DNA from: Octopus sinensis
Taxonomy: Eukaryota
Assembly (NCBI RefSeq): GCF_006345805.1
Contig: NC_042997.1
Coordinates: 83,762,001-83,826,000 of the forward strand
Length of the DNA: 64,000 nt
Direction: 5' to 3'
A program made the position numbers and the translations under genes. Of the stretch, positions 48,876-63,825 are shown piece after piece. The notes beneath the pieces are model-generated. The model did no database searches. It saw only the letters and a program-made list of their open reading frames with translations, and had not been told where the DNA came from. Each line of letters opens with the position of its first letter. Within the stretch, counting starts at the first letter, position 1.

Positions 48876-51800
48876 AATGGTGGATGATTGCTCAACATTT
48901 TAAAACTGTTGTAATACTTACAATATTTAATAAAATGATGTAGCATGAAACGATCGTACCAAATTACCGAAGTTATTCTCGTTGCTCATTTTGATTATAA
49001 TCACCCCATGGATTTATACGGATAACACCATACAAAATTCTGGTGCATCTAACTTAAGTACCATATTCATTTGAATCTAAATTTTGCTGAACTTATATAT
49101 ACATACATTCATACATACACACACATTTTGAATCTAAAGGGAAATCTGAATTATCTCACCCGCCTTTCTTGTAAATAAACTTATCTATTAGATTATTAGT
49201 CTTATTCTTTCTTCCCTAATATTAGAAAATTACAGAAAATTAGGACATGACATATTTATCTTTTATCTGGACTACAGCAACAACAAAAATTACAATAGTA
49301 ATAATGTCTTTTTCTCTCTTTTTTTCCAAAATAATGATTTCTTTTATAACAATGAATGATTTCTTTCAATTTAAAATCTGGGTTTTTGGTTCAATTAAAA
49401 TCTTGATCAGTATTAGAAGAAAAAAGAAAAATAAATGACCTAGTAGTGGTGGCAGTAACAGTAGCAGAATGTTATAACAATGGTACCTATGGTGGTGCTG
49501 TTGATAAAATCTAGTCAATATCCAGTGAATTTGTAGACAATTGCTATTATGTTGCTAAAGGTTTAATTCTACTTATATATTTACTAAATTTCTTTAATCT
49601 ATACTTTCCAAATTTTATTTACTTACATTTTTTTGACATGTTTTGTAAAAATCAAAGCCATCTAATCATAGCATTTATAGTACATTAATCTAGAACGAAC
49701 ATTAAAAAATATATATGACAAAATGAAAATAAATATATACTGTAAAGACATCATAAAGTAAAAATAACAATAAAAATCTGAAAATAAAAATATTCTTAGA
49801 AAAAAAAAATTTATAGAATTAAGAATACCTTTTCTCCTGCCTATCATCGAACAAACATTTTTTATGTTGTGATTAGTAATGAAGCTTCTTGGTGAAAATG
49901 GTAGAGAACAGACAAAATATCTTTTAGTATTTAATTATATCCCTTTACATTGAGTTCAAATCCACATGAAGATCAACTTTACCTTTTTATCCTTATTGGG
50001 GATAAAAAAAATACAAGGAATATCAGTAGTTCCATCATACCCAAGACTCAAAATTGCAGCATTAAAAACCTCTATCAAGAATCAACATTGGTGCTAATAT
50101 AGCCTGTCGGATGGGTGATACACATGTCACCTTTCCATATTTATGAAATATTTAAAATACAGTTTCTTTGAAGATGGTGAGACAGGTTAACCTTTTTAAT
50201 ACCAACCTACCTGAGACCACTCCTGGTTCAGTGAAACAAACTTCCTGTTTTTAAGAAATCAAAATTAAAACCTTCCATCAAATTTTACGCAAATTTAAGT
50301 TTCAAACGCCAGTTAAACAATAACAAAGTTGTTTTTACTAAATTCCTTGCTACTTTGAAAATTAACTGAAACAAATACAGTGTATGTTAGTAGAAATAAT
50401 GTAACAGAAGGGTTAATAATTGGAAGGAAAACAGACAATGAACATTCTACTGTGTTGCATTCTTTCTATTATAGACAAACTTCTGTAAGAAGGTCAAGCA
50501 AAAACAGAATGAATCATTTCTCATTCTTCAATGAAATGCTGAAGAATGAGGAATTCTACATTGACTTTCTTCATTATCTTTGAAAAAAAAAACCCAAACG
50601 CCACCAGTAATTGCAAGGTTTTGTGAATCAAAGAGAGAGAGAGACAGAGAGAGAGAGAGAGAAAGAGAAAGAGAGGGGGGAGGAGAGAGGAGGAAAGAAC
50701 AAAAAACAAAGAGCAACACTATGATATAGAAACATCTTCATTAGTCTAACATCCACTTTTCCATGCTTGCATAGCTCAGATAGTATTTGTTGAGGCAGAT
50801 TTTCTACGGCCAAATACCCTCCTGTTTATTATAAATCCTCACCTGTTTTCAATCAAGGTAATACTTTCCCAGGACTACATATGTGAAAGGCCTGGGTGGT
50901 GGTCCAACCTTCTGAGTTCTTTTACAGAGCTTATAATAACTGAAGGACCACTGCAATAAATATGTGAATCTGAGAAGAGAATATGTTGAATAAAATCATA
51001 ATCAATTGATGCTCCAATATTTTCTCTTACCTCCTCATACATAAAGGGCTTTTTTTAGTTTCTGCTCACAATATCCACTCACAAGGCTTTCATTGGCCTG
51101 GAGCTATAAGAGGAGATACTTGCTTAAGGTGTGATGCAGAGGACTGAACCTGAAACCACATAGTTGAGAAGTGAACTTCTGAACCATGCAACCATGTGTT
51201 GTGAGTGGATTTGGTGGATGGAAACTGAAAGAAGCCTGTTATACACACACACACACACACACACACACATGATGTGTATCTGTCTGGGTATATTTCTACT
51301 TCAGTCAAAGTAACAAGCTACAAGAATGACGCTGGTGCCATTTCTCCAGTCAAACAATTCTGTTGGCTTTGTGTCCTTGAAGATGCATGAAATAGGGGAT
51401 CCCTCACTTGCAAAAACAAGGAAGTGTTGGTGACAGGAAGGGTGTACAGTTGTAAAATAATACCTCCATAATACATTTGTCTAACATAGAAAATTATAAA
51501 TACATGAATAAATAAATAAATAAAAGCACATTAAAATTCCTAAGATTTTTAGATGATATCACCAGATTTCTACATTTTAGTTATATCTTTTTATAATCAT
51601 CATGGCTCTGAAGAAAAAAGCTCGGTAATACACACAAATCAACACATTAGGGTGAACAGAATATGAAGCTTAGCCCCAGACTGATGACAAAGGTAGAGAT
51701 AAAAATGGGAGGCAGAAGCAGGAAGTTAAATACAAGTTTTGTAAAAAGTACATTATGAAATAAGAAAGTTTGATATAGAATATACATGTGTGTGCATGCA

Positions 51801-52324
51801 CACTCACACACACATACACACATACATACATACATACATTTGTACATACATATGTGGTTAAAAAAATACAAGTGAAATAGGATATCTACTGACTATTGAT
51901 AAAGAGTTTGCAAATCCAGTATTCAAGATACACTCTTAGTTTCATACTGATTATTATTGGAGCAACAGGATACATGCCAATCCATCTGGAGCAAAGTATA
52001 ACTGTATTTGGGATCATGGGGAGGGAATGCAAACTCTTAATTCATATGCCTCAAATGAGCATCATATCTAGGACTATAAAAATCTGCATGACCTTCTTAA
52101 TATTTAAAGGATGATAGTTAAAGCAAGATGCTTCCTTTCACAACTTTGCTACCAAGTAGGTGGCCAGTCAAAATTTATTCTAAATTAAAAAGAGAAAGTT
52201 CAGAAAATACATACTTACAAATATGTTCCTCATAGTTCAACAGATCATCAGAAAGGAGTTTAAGATTGACTGTGCATGGGAATTCCTATATGTTCAGTAT
52301 TTAGTTTTCATAGCTAAATCTATA

Positions 52325-53465
52325 GACAATTTAGAGAGGATATTCTAGGCATGGAGGCTAAACCTACAATCGAGAAGTCTTAATGTAAACTAACCAAAGA
52401 TGAAGGTTTTACTGAGTAGGAAAGAAGACAAGACCTTGGTATTGGCTTTGCTCAATAAGTAGATAAGGAGGATGTATAAACTTTATATGCTGTACTCATT
52501 GTAGGCAAAGGGCACATAAGGTGATTGCCGATAGTGAGTGGCTACAAGAGGTGTGGAATCAGAGGTAAACTAACAAACAGAGAGTGTAAGCTTCAAATGT
52601 GACAGATGCACTGAAGAAATACATACTGTGAGTGCACTGAAAATAGATTCTCTTGAATGCCCAGATGGCTTACTAGACGTAGTTGATAATTTTTGTTACA
52701 TAGGAGATATGTTAGCAGGAGAAGTGGTTGCTCTGAAAGAATAGCAACCAAGGTTAGAACAGGCTGGAGAATGTTGAGGGAGCTTCCACTGTTGCTGGTA
52801 ACAGAGGTATTTTCTTTCAGAGTGAAAGGCGGATTGTATCATGTTTGGGTTAGAACTGTGATGCTGTATGATTGTGAGACATGGGCCCTGATGCAAACAA
52901 CTTGAGAAGACTGCGAATAAATGAAGTCAGCATGTTCCATTGGATGAGCTATGTAAATGGGCATAGACAACATAGTTACAAGAGGGTGCTGAAAAGTTCC
53001 TGGTTTTAAGGGTGTTGCAAAAGGTCTGGTTGGAGGCCCAGCCTTCTCAGTTCTTTTACAAAACTTAGAGAAACAGAAGGACTGCTGCAATAAGTGTGAG
53101 GATCTGAGAGGGGAATATGTGAATAAAATCACAATTAATTGATCCTCTTGTATTTTTTTTTACCCAAAGCCAGGAACTTTTTAGCACCTCCTCATGTGTT
53201 GGGAGAAAAACTGGGCAGAAGAGGAATTAGATGTTGCATGCAAGAAAATAGACTGTGCTAGTATAGACATGAAATGTGTATAGATGTGGACAGCTGTATA
53301 AAGAAGTGCTGATCACTTAATGTGAATGGAGTTTATGGAGAATGAGATGCAGGAAGAGAAGGGAGGAAGTGGCAAAGGCTGATTTCAGCACCTTGAGCCT
53401 TAGAGAGGAGATGACAAAGGACCAGGATGACTGGCGATATGCGGTTTTCAAGAAGACCTACCCAA
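52325..53465 (+). pseudogene. RTE-clade LINE fragment (RT C-terminus with Cys/His PHD-like insert), interrupted by a MITE
   Basis: LNVN..KMKVL..CC.HC..HK..C..RGKL..FKCDRC..LDVVDNFCYIGD..GW...RELPLLL..FSFRVKG.LY..VRTVMLY.CETWAL. Confidence 0.85.
52979..53194 (+). mobile_element. Mariner-derived MITE
   Basis: TA|CAAGAGGGTGCTGAAAAGTTCCTGG ... CCAGGAACTTTTTAGCACCTCCTC; internal part resembles a mariner C-terminus (GEYVE*); partial copy at 50888-51037. Confidence 0.8.
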
Positions 53466-54269
53466 ATCAACAATACAATGCATAATAAAGAAAGAAATGT
53501 GTAACAAAGAATATATTTCAAAGACGATCACTTCTAACACTGCACCTTCAGTCTGACCAATGTGAACTTTATGGCATCTCAAGAATCAAAAAGCTTCATG
53601 AAAAAACAATTTCAAACAGAAATTCTGTATTTCATGGTTCTGTATAAACTGTCAACAATCTGAGAACTTTTGAAAACAACCAGGGAATTTCTATCAGTAC
53701 TGCTAGTATATATAAATAGACAGGTGGATAGATAGCTAAATTAATGCAGACATACCAAATTCACATGAAAAAATGGATATTAGAGAAAAGCAGAATTTAA
53801 CACATTAGCACAAATACCTTCTGCATATAAATACACATAAACCACATTTACATAAGCATACACATCAATACATAAGCATGTACACACACACACATGTTCA
53901 AATGCAGAGAGAGGGAATGAGAAAGAGGAGTAAGAGACAAAAATATAAAGATAGATTAGATAAGAATGCAGAGATGGGATCGTTGATGGATATGTGCATG
54001 GAAACAATTTTATTGCATACTTAAATATGCATTTTGTACACACATGTATATGGAATATATATGCATTATTATGTGCATGCATGTATGGTGAATAAAGTAA
54101 GAAAGGCAGAAGGAGAAAGAGACACCAGTATCTATTTGTGTCTGTAGATTTTTATAAATACATGTATGTATGCATATTTGAATGAAATATGAATTACACA
54201 AACATGACTACATATAGACATACATACACACGTGTATATGTATGTAGATATATATATATATATATATAC

Positions 54270-54339
<70 letters not shown>

Positions 54340-56782
54340 ACACACAAGTTTCTAAGCAGGACATTACACATAGGGTAATGTGAATGGAAAAATATAAGTT
54401 TTATAATATGTGTGTGTGTGTGTGCATGCATGCACATGCATGTGTGTATATACATGCACATACACACAGTATTAGATACAGACACTGCAAAAAGGAAGCA
54501 GAGGTTAAATACACAGAGCTCCAGATAACTACAATAAATCAAACTTTGTGTGTGGTTATGAAGGAAGATAAAAAAAAAGAAACATATTAACATTGATTGA
54601 AGAGATATATCACAATGACCTAAAATGATGTGTGTGTATGTGAGTGTGTGTGTATGTGTGAGAGTGTGTATAAAGGCACATATGAGTGTGTATATGTATG
54701 TATGTATATACACATATATATGTTCCATATACACAATTATAAACATATGTGTATCTGGGTATGTGTTTGTGTATGTACATATATACATACGTTTATATAT
54801 GTGTGCATTTGTGTAAGTGTGTATGTGTATATGTATGCATGGAAGAAAAATTATACAAAAATTTTAGCTTTTAATTTAAAGATAGTAAACAGCAAAACTG
54901 TGAACAAGTTGGTCTATGCATGACAGCTACCTAAATAGGGAAAAGCATATGGACATTTCTCATATCAAAGCATATCATATTTTCAAATCACTGTCTAAAT
55001 ATATAGAGCCCACCATCAGAATCAGCTTAAATCAAGGTCTGTAAACTGTAAAGTAAACTTAACACTTCCTGTCCTTATACACTTAACTGTCCTTATATCT
55101 ACAAAAATACCCTGCTTACATAATTCAATTCAGTTTTAAAATAATCAAGAGTTTAGAGCTTGGTATCTTACTTAAGTGGTAGGTGTATCACACTGCTCAG
55201 TTAAACATTATCTCCTGACCAATGGTTGACATTACTGAGATTTTGCTCTACTGTAAACGTTTAGAGCAGCTGGAAGCAATCATGACTTCAAAGTGCTGAA
55301 GCAAATATTTATATAGCTGGATGCCCTTCCCGTTACCAACCTTCACCTGTTTCCAAGCAAGGTAATATTTCTCCATGATCTCACGTGATTTTACAGAAGA
55401 TAGGAAACAAAGGACACCGCTTGCCTTATGGTGACACCTGCTGACAACTATCATGTGAAGTCAAGGGGAAAAGACAGTAATGCACACATGCAGGCACACA
55501 CATTCATATACATGTAAAAAGCACCTCTGTAAAGTGGCTGGTGTTAGGAATGGCATCTAACTATAGAAAGCTTACTAAAACAGTTAACTGCAGCCTGGTG
55601 TAACTCTCTGGCTTCCCAACTCCTGTAAAACTGTCCAACCCATCCCAGTATGGAAAATGGATGTTAAATGATGATGATGATGATATGGAAGGGCATCTAG
55701 CTGTAGAAACAATGCCAAAACAGACAATACAGGTATGATGCAGTCCTTGACTCAGTGGATCCTTGTCGAACAGTTCAACCCATACCAACATGGAACAGGG
55801 ATGTTAAATGATGATGATGATGATGATGATAAATATAAAATAGGCTTCTTTCTGCTTCAGGTTGGCCAGGGGTTTCGGTATAAGACACTTGCTCAAGATA
55901 CCAGACAGTGGGACTGCACCAGAAACCATATGGTTAGGAAGCAAACTTTTTGCCGCAAAACCAAATCTGCACTTTGTCACTCTTTACTCCAACATCACTC
56001 CAAAAGTTGATTTCTTTCTCCCTGTCACTCACCTCTTTCACCTGAATATCAATATCAAATACCTCCAGTTACTCAGTCACAAAGTCATTCTTCCCCTTTT
56101 ATTCAAATACAGCTGCTTTCTCCTTCACTCCTGAAAGTTTTCCACACTACTTTTTTCTTAACCCACACTCTTCTTAGCTCTCATCCCCACCTCATACAGT
56201 GAGTGTAAGTGATCGTGCAAGAAACTGGATGTAATTGCAAACCTCAACTCTTAACATCAACTATTTCTATCATCTTCATGCATCTTTACTTGGTCTCTTT
56301 CTCAACTCTGAACCCAATTACTACTAAGCCCTCCGCACCACTGAACTTATCAGAGAAAGAATGCAACCTGTTATTCATGCAGAAAATGAACTCACCTTAC
56401 AAACTAGAAGATTCTTCTGCATGCTATCATTCAAATCATGAAGGATTCATCAGTGCGTCACCCATCTGATAAGCTTTCCTGCCTCCCATTTGCTCAAGGC
56501 AAATTCTACTAAAAGTACGCAAGGGATCAGGTCATAATCTTAGACAGGGCAACCAGTGAGGCTTTTGAGTATGAATATGTATCTCTTATGTTATCTCCTC
56601 CTAGGGACTTGAAGGAGAGGGGTGATATGAGAATGATTGAGAATCTGAAGTTCCAGACCATCTAGTTTGCATTATTTTAGTTTTGATTTTATAGTTTTCT
56701 ATTTCAGAATCACCAAATTATTTATGCTGTAGCTGTTGTCGTTGTTGTTGTTTTTCTTCTAATTATTATTATCATTATTATG

Positions 56783-57544
56783 AAAGTGGTGAGTGGGCAG
56801 AATTGTTAACATCCCTGGCAAAATGCTTAGTAATATTTTATCTGTCTTTACTTTCTGAGTTCAAATTCTGCTGGGGTCGACTTTGTCTTTCAACCTTTTG
56901 GGGGTCAATAAAATAAGTACCATTTGAACACTGGGTCGATATAATCAATGCACTCCTTGCCCCCAAATTGCTGGCTTTGCGCCAAAATTTGAAACCATTT
57001 TATTATCATTATTATTATTATTATTGTTATTATTATTAATATTATTATTATTATTATTATTACTATTATGGCAGATCAATAGTATATTGGACAAAATGCT
57101 TAGTGACATTTTCTTCAGGTTCTTTACATTCTGAGTTGAAATGTTGTGAGGTCAGCTTTGACAGTCATCCTTCTGGTGTTCAATAAAATAAAGTAATACT
57201 GAAGTACTGGATTGATGTTATCACTTCCTTCAAAATTATGCAGTAATAATAATAGTAATAATAATAATCCTTTCTGCTAAAGGCACAAGGCCTGATATTT
57301 GGAGGAGGGGCTAGTCAATTATATCAACTCCAGTGCATAACTGTTACTTATTTCATCGACCCTAGTACGTAACTAGTACTTATTTCATTGATCTCAGAAT
57401 GTAACTGGTACTTATTTCATTGACCCCCCAAAAGGATGAAAGGCAAAGTCAACCTCGGTGGAATTTGAACTCAGAACATAAAGATGGATGAAATGCTACT
57501 AAGCATTTTGCCTGGCATGCTAATGATTCTGCCAGCTCATCGCC

Positions 57545-57546
<2 letters not shown>
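56783..57546. mobile_element. SINE family B cluster: + copies at 56783-57000 and 57070-57240, - copy at 57266-57546
   Basis: Family B consensus separated by (ATT)n; the - copy has a triplicated TAACTGGTACTTATTTCATTGA segment. Confidence 0.85.
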
Positions 57547-57588
<42 letters not shown>

Positions 57589-58162
57589 TTATCATTTTAA
57601 ATCACAACAGAAAATTAATTGCTTTTTAAAAACGAGAAGCAGTACTCAACTTCAGTTTCACATTTCCAGAATATCTTACAAAGTATTATATTTCTCTTTA
57701 ACAATTAAAAAGAAAACTAACAAAAAATAAAATCAAACAAAACAAAAAAAAGCATAATTCTTCATGTATGGAGGTTAGACTAAACAATTTTATCATTCAG
57801 AAAGCATCTCAACATATGCATGTGCACACACTCACTCGCTCACACGCATACATGCACACACACATGTAAATACATAAAAACTACAAATATTGCTATTGAT
57901 ATTAGTGTGTTTTTGAGAAGATCATATTATCAGTTTATTAATAAAGCAGACACACAGTTACTCACTTACTTCTTATTATAGTTGAACAAGGATTAGCGTA
58001 TCAGCTGAAATGCATTATAATATTTGGTCCAGCTCTACAGGTTCTGATTTTAAGTCACATCAAGATCAATTTGCTCAATGTGCATGTTTGTGTGTGTGCA
58101 TGTTTGTTTGTTTGTGTGTGTGTGTGTGTGTGTGTATGTGTGTGTGTATGTATGTATGCATG

Positions 58163-58229
<67 letters not shown>

Positions 58230-58234
58230 ATATC

Positions 58235-58266
<32 letters not shown>

Positions 58267-58559
58267 CATCAGCATCATTTATCATCTGTTTTCCATGCTG
58301 GCATGGGTTAGATGGTTTGAGTGGAATTGGTGAGCTGGGGAATTGCATACCAGGCTCCAGTCTGTTTTGGCTTGGTTTCTACAGCTGGATGACCTTCCTA
58401 ACACCAATCACTCCATAGAGTGTACTGAGTGCCTATTATGTGACACTAGCGTAGGTGTCACTGATACTGGCCCCGGCTACACTTAGCATGACATATCTTC
58501 TCAAGTACAGCAAATCACTTAAAGTCTCAGTCACTTGTCATTACTTCTGGGATATATAT

Positions 58560-58822
58560 ATACATGTGACCACCATGTGACCAACCAGGCAATCAGATGT
58601 TGCTACACATCAGTGGTCACAATGCACTTTGCATTGTTTTAGCCTTCAAATGACACCATCCTGCTGGCTAAGAGAGCAGGCCAACAGAAGAAAGAGTGAG
58701 AGGAAGTTGTGGCGAAAGAGTACAGCAGGAATCACCACCACCCCCTGCCAGAGCATCATGGAGCTTTAGGTGTTTTCGTCTAATAAACACTCACAACGCC
58801 TGGTCTGGGAATCAAAACCGCA
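58560..58822 (-). mobile_element. Additional SINE family (5'-truncated)
   Basis: Minus strand begins with B-box-like GGTTTTGATTCCC followed by a GC-richer body. Confidence 0.5.
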
Positions 58823-59031
58823 AGTGAAATTGTAGTCATGGCCAGTGCTGGTGACATGTAAAAGGTATCCACTACACTCTTGGAGTGGTTGGTGTTAGGA
58901 AGTGTGTCCACTTGTAGAAATGAAACCAAATCAGACTGGAACCAAGTACAGCTCTCAAGGCTTATCAGTTCCACTCAAACCATCTAACCAATGCCAGCAT
59001 GGAAAGCAGGTACTAAATGATGATGATGATA

Positions 59032-59070
<39 letters not shown>

Positions 59071-59498
59071 TCATAATCATCATTTAATGTCCATGTTCCA
59101 TGCTGGCATGGATTAGGTAGTCTGACAGGATCCAATGGGCTGAAGTGTCTTTTTTGGTATAGTTTCTATGGCTGGATGCCAGTCCTAATGTCAACTACCT
59201 TACACCATGTACTAGGCGTCTTTTCTTTGTGCTATCAGCACTAGCTGGACCATCATGCTGTTTGCAAGACTATGAGCCCCAAGTATGAGAGAAGGGGCCA
59301 GGGCAGAAGAGATTTCATGATGTAAAGAAGCTACATAACTACTCACATTTCAGAAGAGAGGGTGGGGGTTGATTGGGTGGAGCTAGAAAGCAAGGAGGAG
59401 ATTAGGAGAGTGTATGAAGCTAACAATTTCACCTCAGGGAATTTTAAAAATATAATTAAGGAACTTAAGAAATTATTCAATAAAATGAATCAAATATA

Positions 59499-59904
59499 GG
59501 CGCAGGAGTGGCTGTGTGGTAAGTAGCTTGCTACCAACCACAAGGTTCTGGGTTCAGTCTCACTGCGTGGCATCTTGGGCAAGTGTCTTCTACTATAGCC
59601 TCGGGCCGACCAAAGCCTTGTGAGTGGATTTGGTAGATGGAAACTGAAAGAAGCCTGTTGTATATATGTATATATGTATATGCGTGTGTGTGTTTGTGTG
59701 TCTGTGTTTGTCCCCCTAGCATTGCTTGACAACCGATGCTGGTGTGTTTATGTCCCCGTTACTTAGCAGTTCGGCAAAAGAGACTGATAGAATAAGTACT
59801 GGGCTTACAAAAGAATAAGTCCCGGGGTCGAGTTGCTCGATTAAAGGCGGTGCTCCAGCATGGCCGCAGTGAAATGACTGAAACAAGTAAAAGAGTAAAG
59901 AGTA
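59499..59904 (+). mobile_element. SINE family A, best-preserved full-length copy
   Basis: GGCGCAGGAGTGGCTGTGTGGTAAG..GGGTTCAGTC..TA/TG core..GGCGGTGCTCCAGCATGGCCGCAG..AAGAGTAAAGAGT; further copies at ~10012-10230, 21165-21516, 36033-36230, 62240-62623 (all minus strand). Confidence 0.92.
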
Positions 59905-60299
59905 AATATGTAATCTTTTTTTCTATCATTGCATTATCCATTACTATATAGTGAGTATGGAAATGACAATAACCATATGTTCTTCTCAAGCAAACATTTG
60001 CAACATAATAAACAAAATATAAATTATACAGTAGTTTAGACTGAAAAAGTTTGCGGTGAAACTAAAACCATTAGATTCATTATTGCACTGATGCTCTTTT
60101 CATTTCATGTGTGTGTGTGTGTGTGTGTGTGTGAATGTGTCTATTTTTGTATCAGTAAATATAGAGTATGTTGTTCGTCACTATGTGAAGCACTTTGGGC
60201 AGGTGTCTTCTACTGTTGCTCTCAGCTGACCAAAGCCTTGTGGATTTGGTAGATGGAAACTGAAAGAAGCCTTTATCAGGTCACTTGTGCGGTCTCTTA

Positions 60300-60535
60300 T
60301 GAGTAATACTAGTAAAATGGAATCCAGTACAACCTGTTGTATGGTCAGGTCATCAGCGACTAAACCAACATCCCCACAAAGTTTGCCTGGTAAAGAGGAT
60401 TGCTGGATACCGAGCAGGACTAAAAATAAGACAAGTCAAAAGGACAGAATGAACCTAGTGTAGGTTCAATGACTATCTAACAAAAGAATGGAACCTCCAA
60501 AATTCCGGGTTGGTATCTGGAATGCTGGAAGACCA
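60300..60535 (+). mobile_element. RTE-group LINE 5' UTR and start of APE endonuclease
   Basis: Homologous to 14995-15130; then FRVGIWNAG, resembling the APE motif LRIGTWNV. Confidence 0.5.
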
Positions 60536-62862
60536 CTGGGAGTGAGGTACACCTCAGCATTTATTAAAGTACATCTATAGCAGGTCATTCTGATATAAAA
60601 CTGGAAATGCAGCGAATGGTATTCGACATTTTGGGGATCTTTTGCTTGCATTGACCCATATTGGCACTGGATATCTTGCCCTTGTGTGTTTCTGGATCAT
60701 GTCAGTAGGGTAGAGAGAGTTCTGAGGTGTTGTGTAAGCCTTATTGGACCATAAATTTTAGGCTGCACAATTGTGAGTTAGGTTACTTTCTGATGCCAGC
60801 GTGAGTTAGAAGGTTTTGTGGTGAGCATGGAAGTTGCAGACACAAGCTTGGGTGAAGCCAACCATGGGTGCAATAGCCTTCTGTCCAGGAATTACTGACA
60901 TTTTGCATGGGTAATGGTCAGTGATAGTCTTCTTTGGTAACGAGTGGACAGCTATCATATAAATGTGTGTGTGTGTATGTATTACTGTCTCATGTGATAG
61001 TTGTAAATGAGTCACTGTCATGCAAGCAGGGTCCTTTGCTTCTGATATTCTGTGACAAACAAGATTGGCCGTAGAGACAAGTCTGCTTGGAAACAGGCAA
61101 ATTTTCTACAGCCAGATGCCTTTCTGTTGCTAATCGTTATCTTAACAAATTTTGTCTGATCCATGCAAGCATGGGAAAGTGGACATATGATGATGAAGTT
61201 TTGTTGTTTTCAGTAGTTTAATGATCACTATTGTGACATTATCATTTATATATCATTATATACATTGTATTGTTTCAATATATAAACTTAATATAGTGTG
61301 TGTGTGTGTGTGTATACATAGAAGACAAATAAGCTAAAAGACTCAGCAGTAGATCATAGATATAGAGAATTCTAGTTGGCATGCATGACATTAGGGAGGA
61401 ACAAATATAGACTTATATAAATGACAACTGAGTGTTCTTGTTAGATAATCTGCTGAAGGCTACTGAACAGAGATGTGTGGCTAGTTCAAGGTTCAGGCCA
61501 AAGAGAAGGTGACATGGTGGGAAAACAACATGGTAAAAGCTAAGAGACAGGTTTGGTAAGTCTGAAATGATGGTGGAAGCAGAAGTGCTTGCATGTAAAA
61601 GTTGTCATTTCAGCTTGAGATCATCTGAGTGGAAAAAAAAAAAATGGTGTCATTGTGTCTTGTAGCTCTGCTCTTGAAACAAGGGAATAAAAGCTCTTTT
61701 GCTTGTAAAGCAGGAAAGGGTTAAGTGTCAAGAAGAGCATCCGACAGTAGAAAAACTACTTCCTCAAAATAAGTAACAGTCCAACATAGGCCAGCATAGA
61801 AAATCAGACACAGAACGAATAAAGACACACACACACACATGCATATAAACATTACACACACTGATACCTATATTAATGCATGTTCATTCAAGCATTATGA
61901 TATGAATAAAAAAACAGATGCACAGACATACAATTACACACACGTACATACATCAGTTAAAGGTGTGCTGACAGTACAGAGATGGCAGTCACAGATAAAA
62001 CTTTAGTCAATGAGTAAATTCCAATTACTAACAGCTTATATAGAAGTCATGGCAATATCAAATATCACGTCTGATTAGTGTCAAAATGGCTAATTAATTT
62101 GTAAAACACACCTGAACACTGATCAAGTGCTGCAGTAGTTAACCTGTCTTGACTTGAATGAGGTTAGATGCAAATGTCATTATTACTAACACACACACAC
62201 ACACACACACACACAAATATTCCTACTATTTCTATCTTTTATTGTTTACTTATTTTGGTCATAAGACTGTGGCCATGCTGGGGCACTGCCTTGAAGAATT
62301 TTTAGTCGAATGAATTGATCCCAGTATTTATTCTTTTGTTAAGCCTGTTACTTATTCTATTGGTCTTTTTTGCTGAACTGCTAAGCAATGGGGATGTAAA
62401 CACACCAACACTAGTTGTCAAATGGTGATGAGGGACAAACACAGACACAAACACACACAGATGGGCTTCTTTCAGTTTCCATCTACCAAATCTACTCATG
62501 AGGCTTTGGCCATCCAGAAGCCAACCAAAGAAGACACCTACCCAAAGTGCCATGCAGCAGGACTGAACCTGGGACCATAGGGCTGGGAGCCAAGCTTCTT
62601 ACCACACAGCCATACCTGTGCCTATTACTATTAGTAATATTATTTCATTAATATTACTAACAATGAGTCAATTGCTCAGCCTTTCAGTAAGAATGGTAAA
62701 CGTTATTTTAATCTGGGGGAAGACAATGTAAGATAATATCAACTCTCCAGTACTTGATGTTCAAAGATATTCTGCCAATCCACATGCCCACACAAAATAA
62801 TGCAAAAATATATCCTCCCTAAACACACATGAATTGTTTGTATGTTGTAAGCCATTATTGTT

Positions 62863-63825
62863 AAGCAGCAAGCTGGCAGAATTGTTAGCACGCTGGAAAA
62901 AATGTTCTGTGGCATTTTGTCCATCTTTACGATCTGAGTTCAAATTCTGCCATGGTTGACTTTGCCTTTCATCCTTTCAGGGTTGATGAAATAAGTACCA
63001 CTTACACACTGAGGTCAAATTAATCAACTAGCCCTCTCCCTAAAAATTCCAGGCCTTGTGCCTTTAATAGAAAGGATTATTATTATTGTCGTTAAGGCAG
63101 CCCGCTGGCAGAATCATTATCATGCCGAGCAGAATGCTTAGAAGAATTTTGCCTGTCTTCATATTCTGAGTTCAAATACTGGTGAGGTCAACTTTAGCTT
63201 TCATTCTTTAGGGGTCAATAAAATAAGTACTAGTTGAGCACTGGGGTTGATGTAATTGACTTGTCCCCTCCCCTGTAATTGCTGGCCTTGTGCCAAAATT
63301 TCAAATCATTATAATTATTATCATTATTCATTCAAGCTCTTTATGTTATGAGTTTAAATTGTGCCAAAATTTATGAGTGATGTGTTCAAACCATGATGAG
63401 GTCAAGATTGTATTTAATCCTGGGATCAAAAAATAGAGTACCAGTCAAAAACTAGTGTTGATTCAATCAACTATACACATTTCCTACATTTGAAGCCTTG
63501 TGCTACCACAAGAAATCCTTATTACCGATGCAGAACCATGGTCAATGAGGTGTGGCTATTGCAGATAATTATTATTATGAGTGGTTATTATAACTGTTAT
63601 TAGTAAGGCAGCAAGCTGGCAGAATTGTTTGCATCTCACAAAAAAAATGCTTAGCATTATTTCTTCTGACCCATTATGTTCAGAGTTCAAATTCCACAAA
63701 GATTGACTATGCCTTTTGTCCTTTCAAGGTTGATAAAGTAAGTACCAGTTGAGCACTGAGATGAGGTAATCAACCATCTCCTTCCTTTTTAATTGCTGAC
63801 CATATGCCAAAATATGAAACCATTA
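62863..63825 (+). mobile_element. Tandem chain of SINE family B copies
   Basis: Copies at 62863-63080, 63094-63310, degenerate ~63340-63520, and 63606-63825, joined by ATT tracts. Confidence 0.85.
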
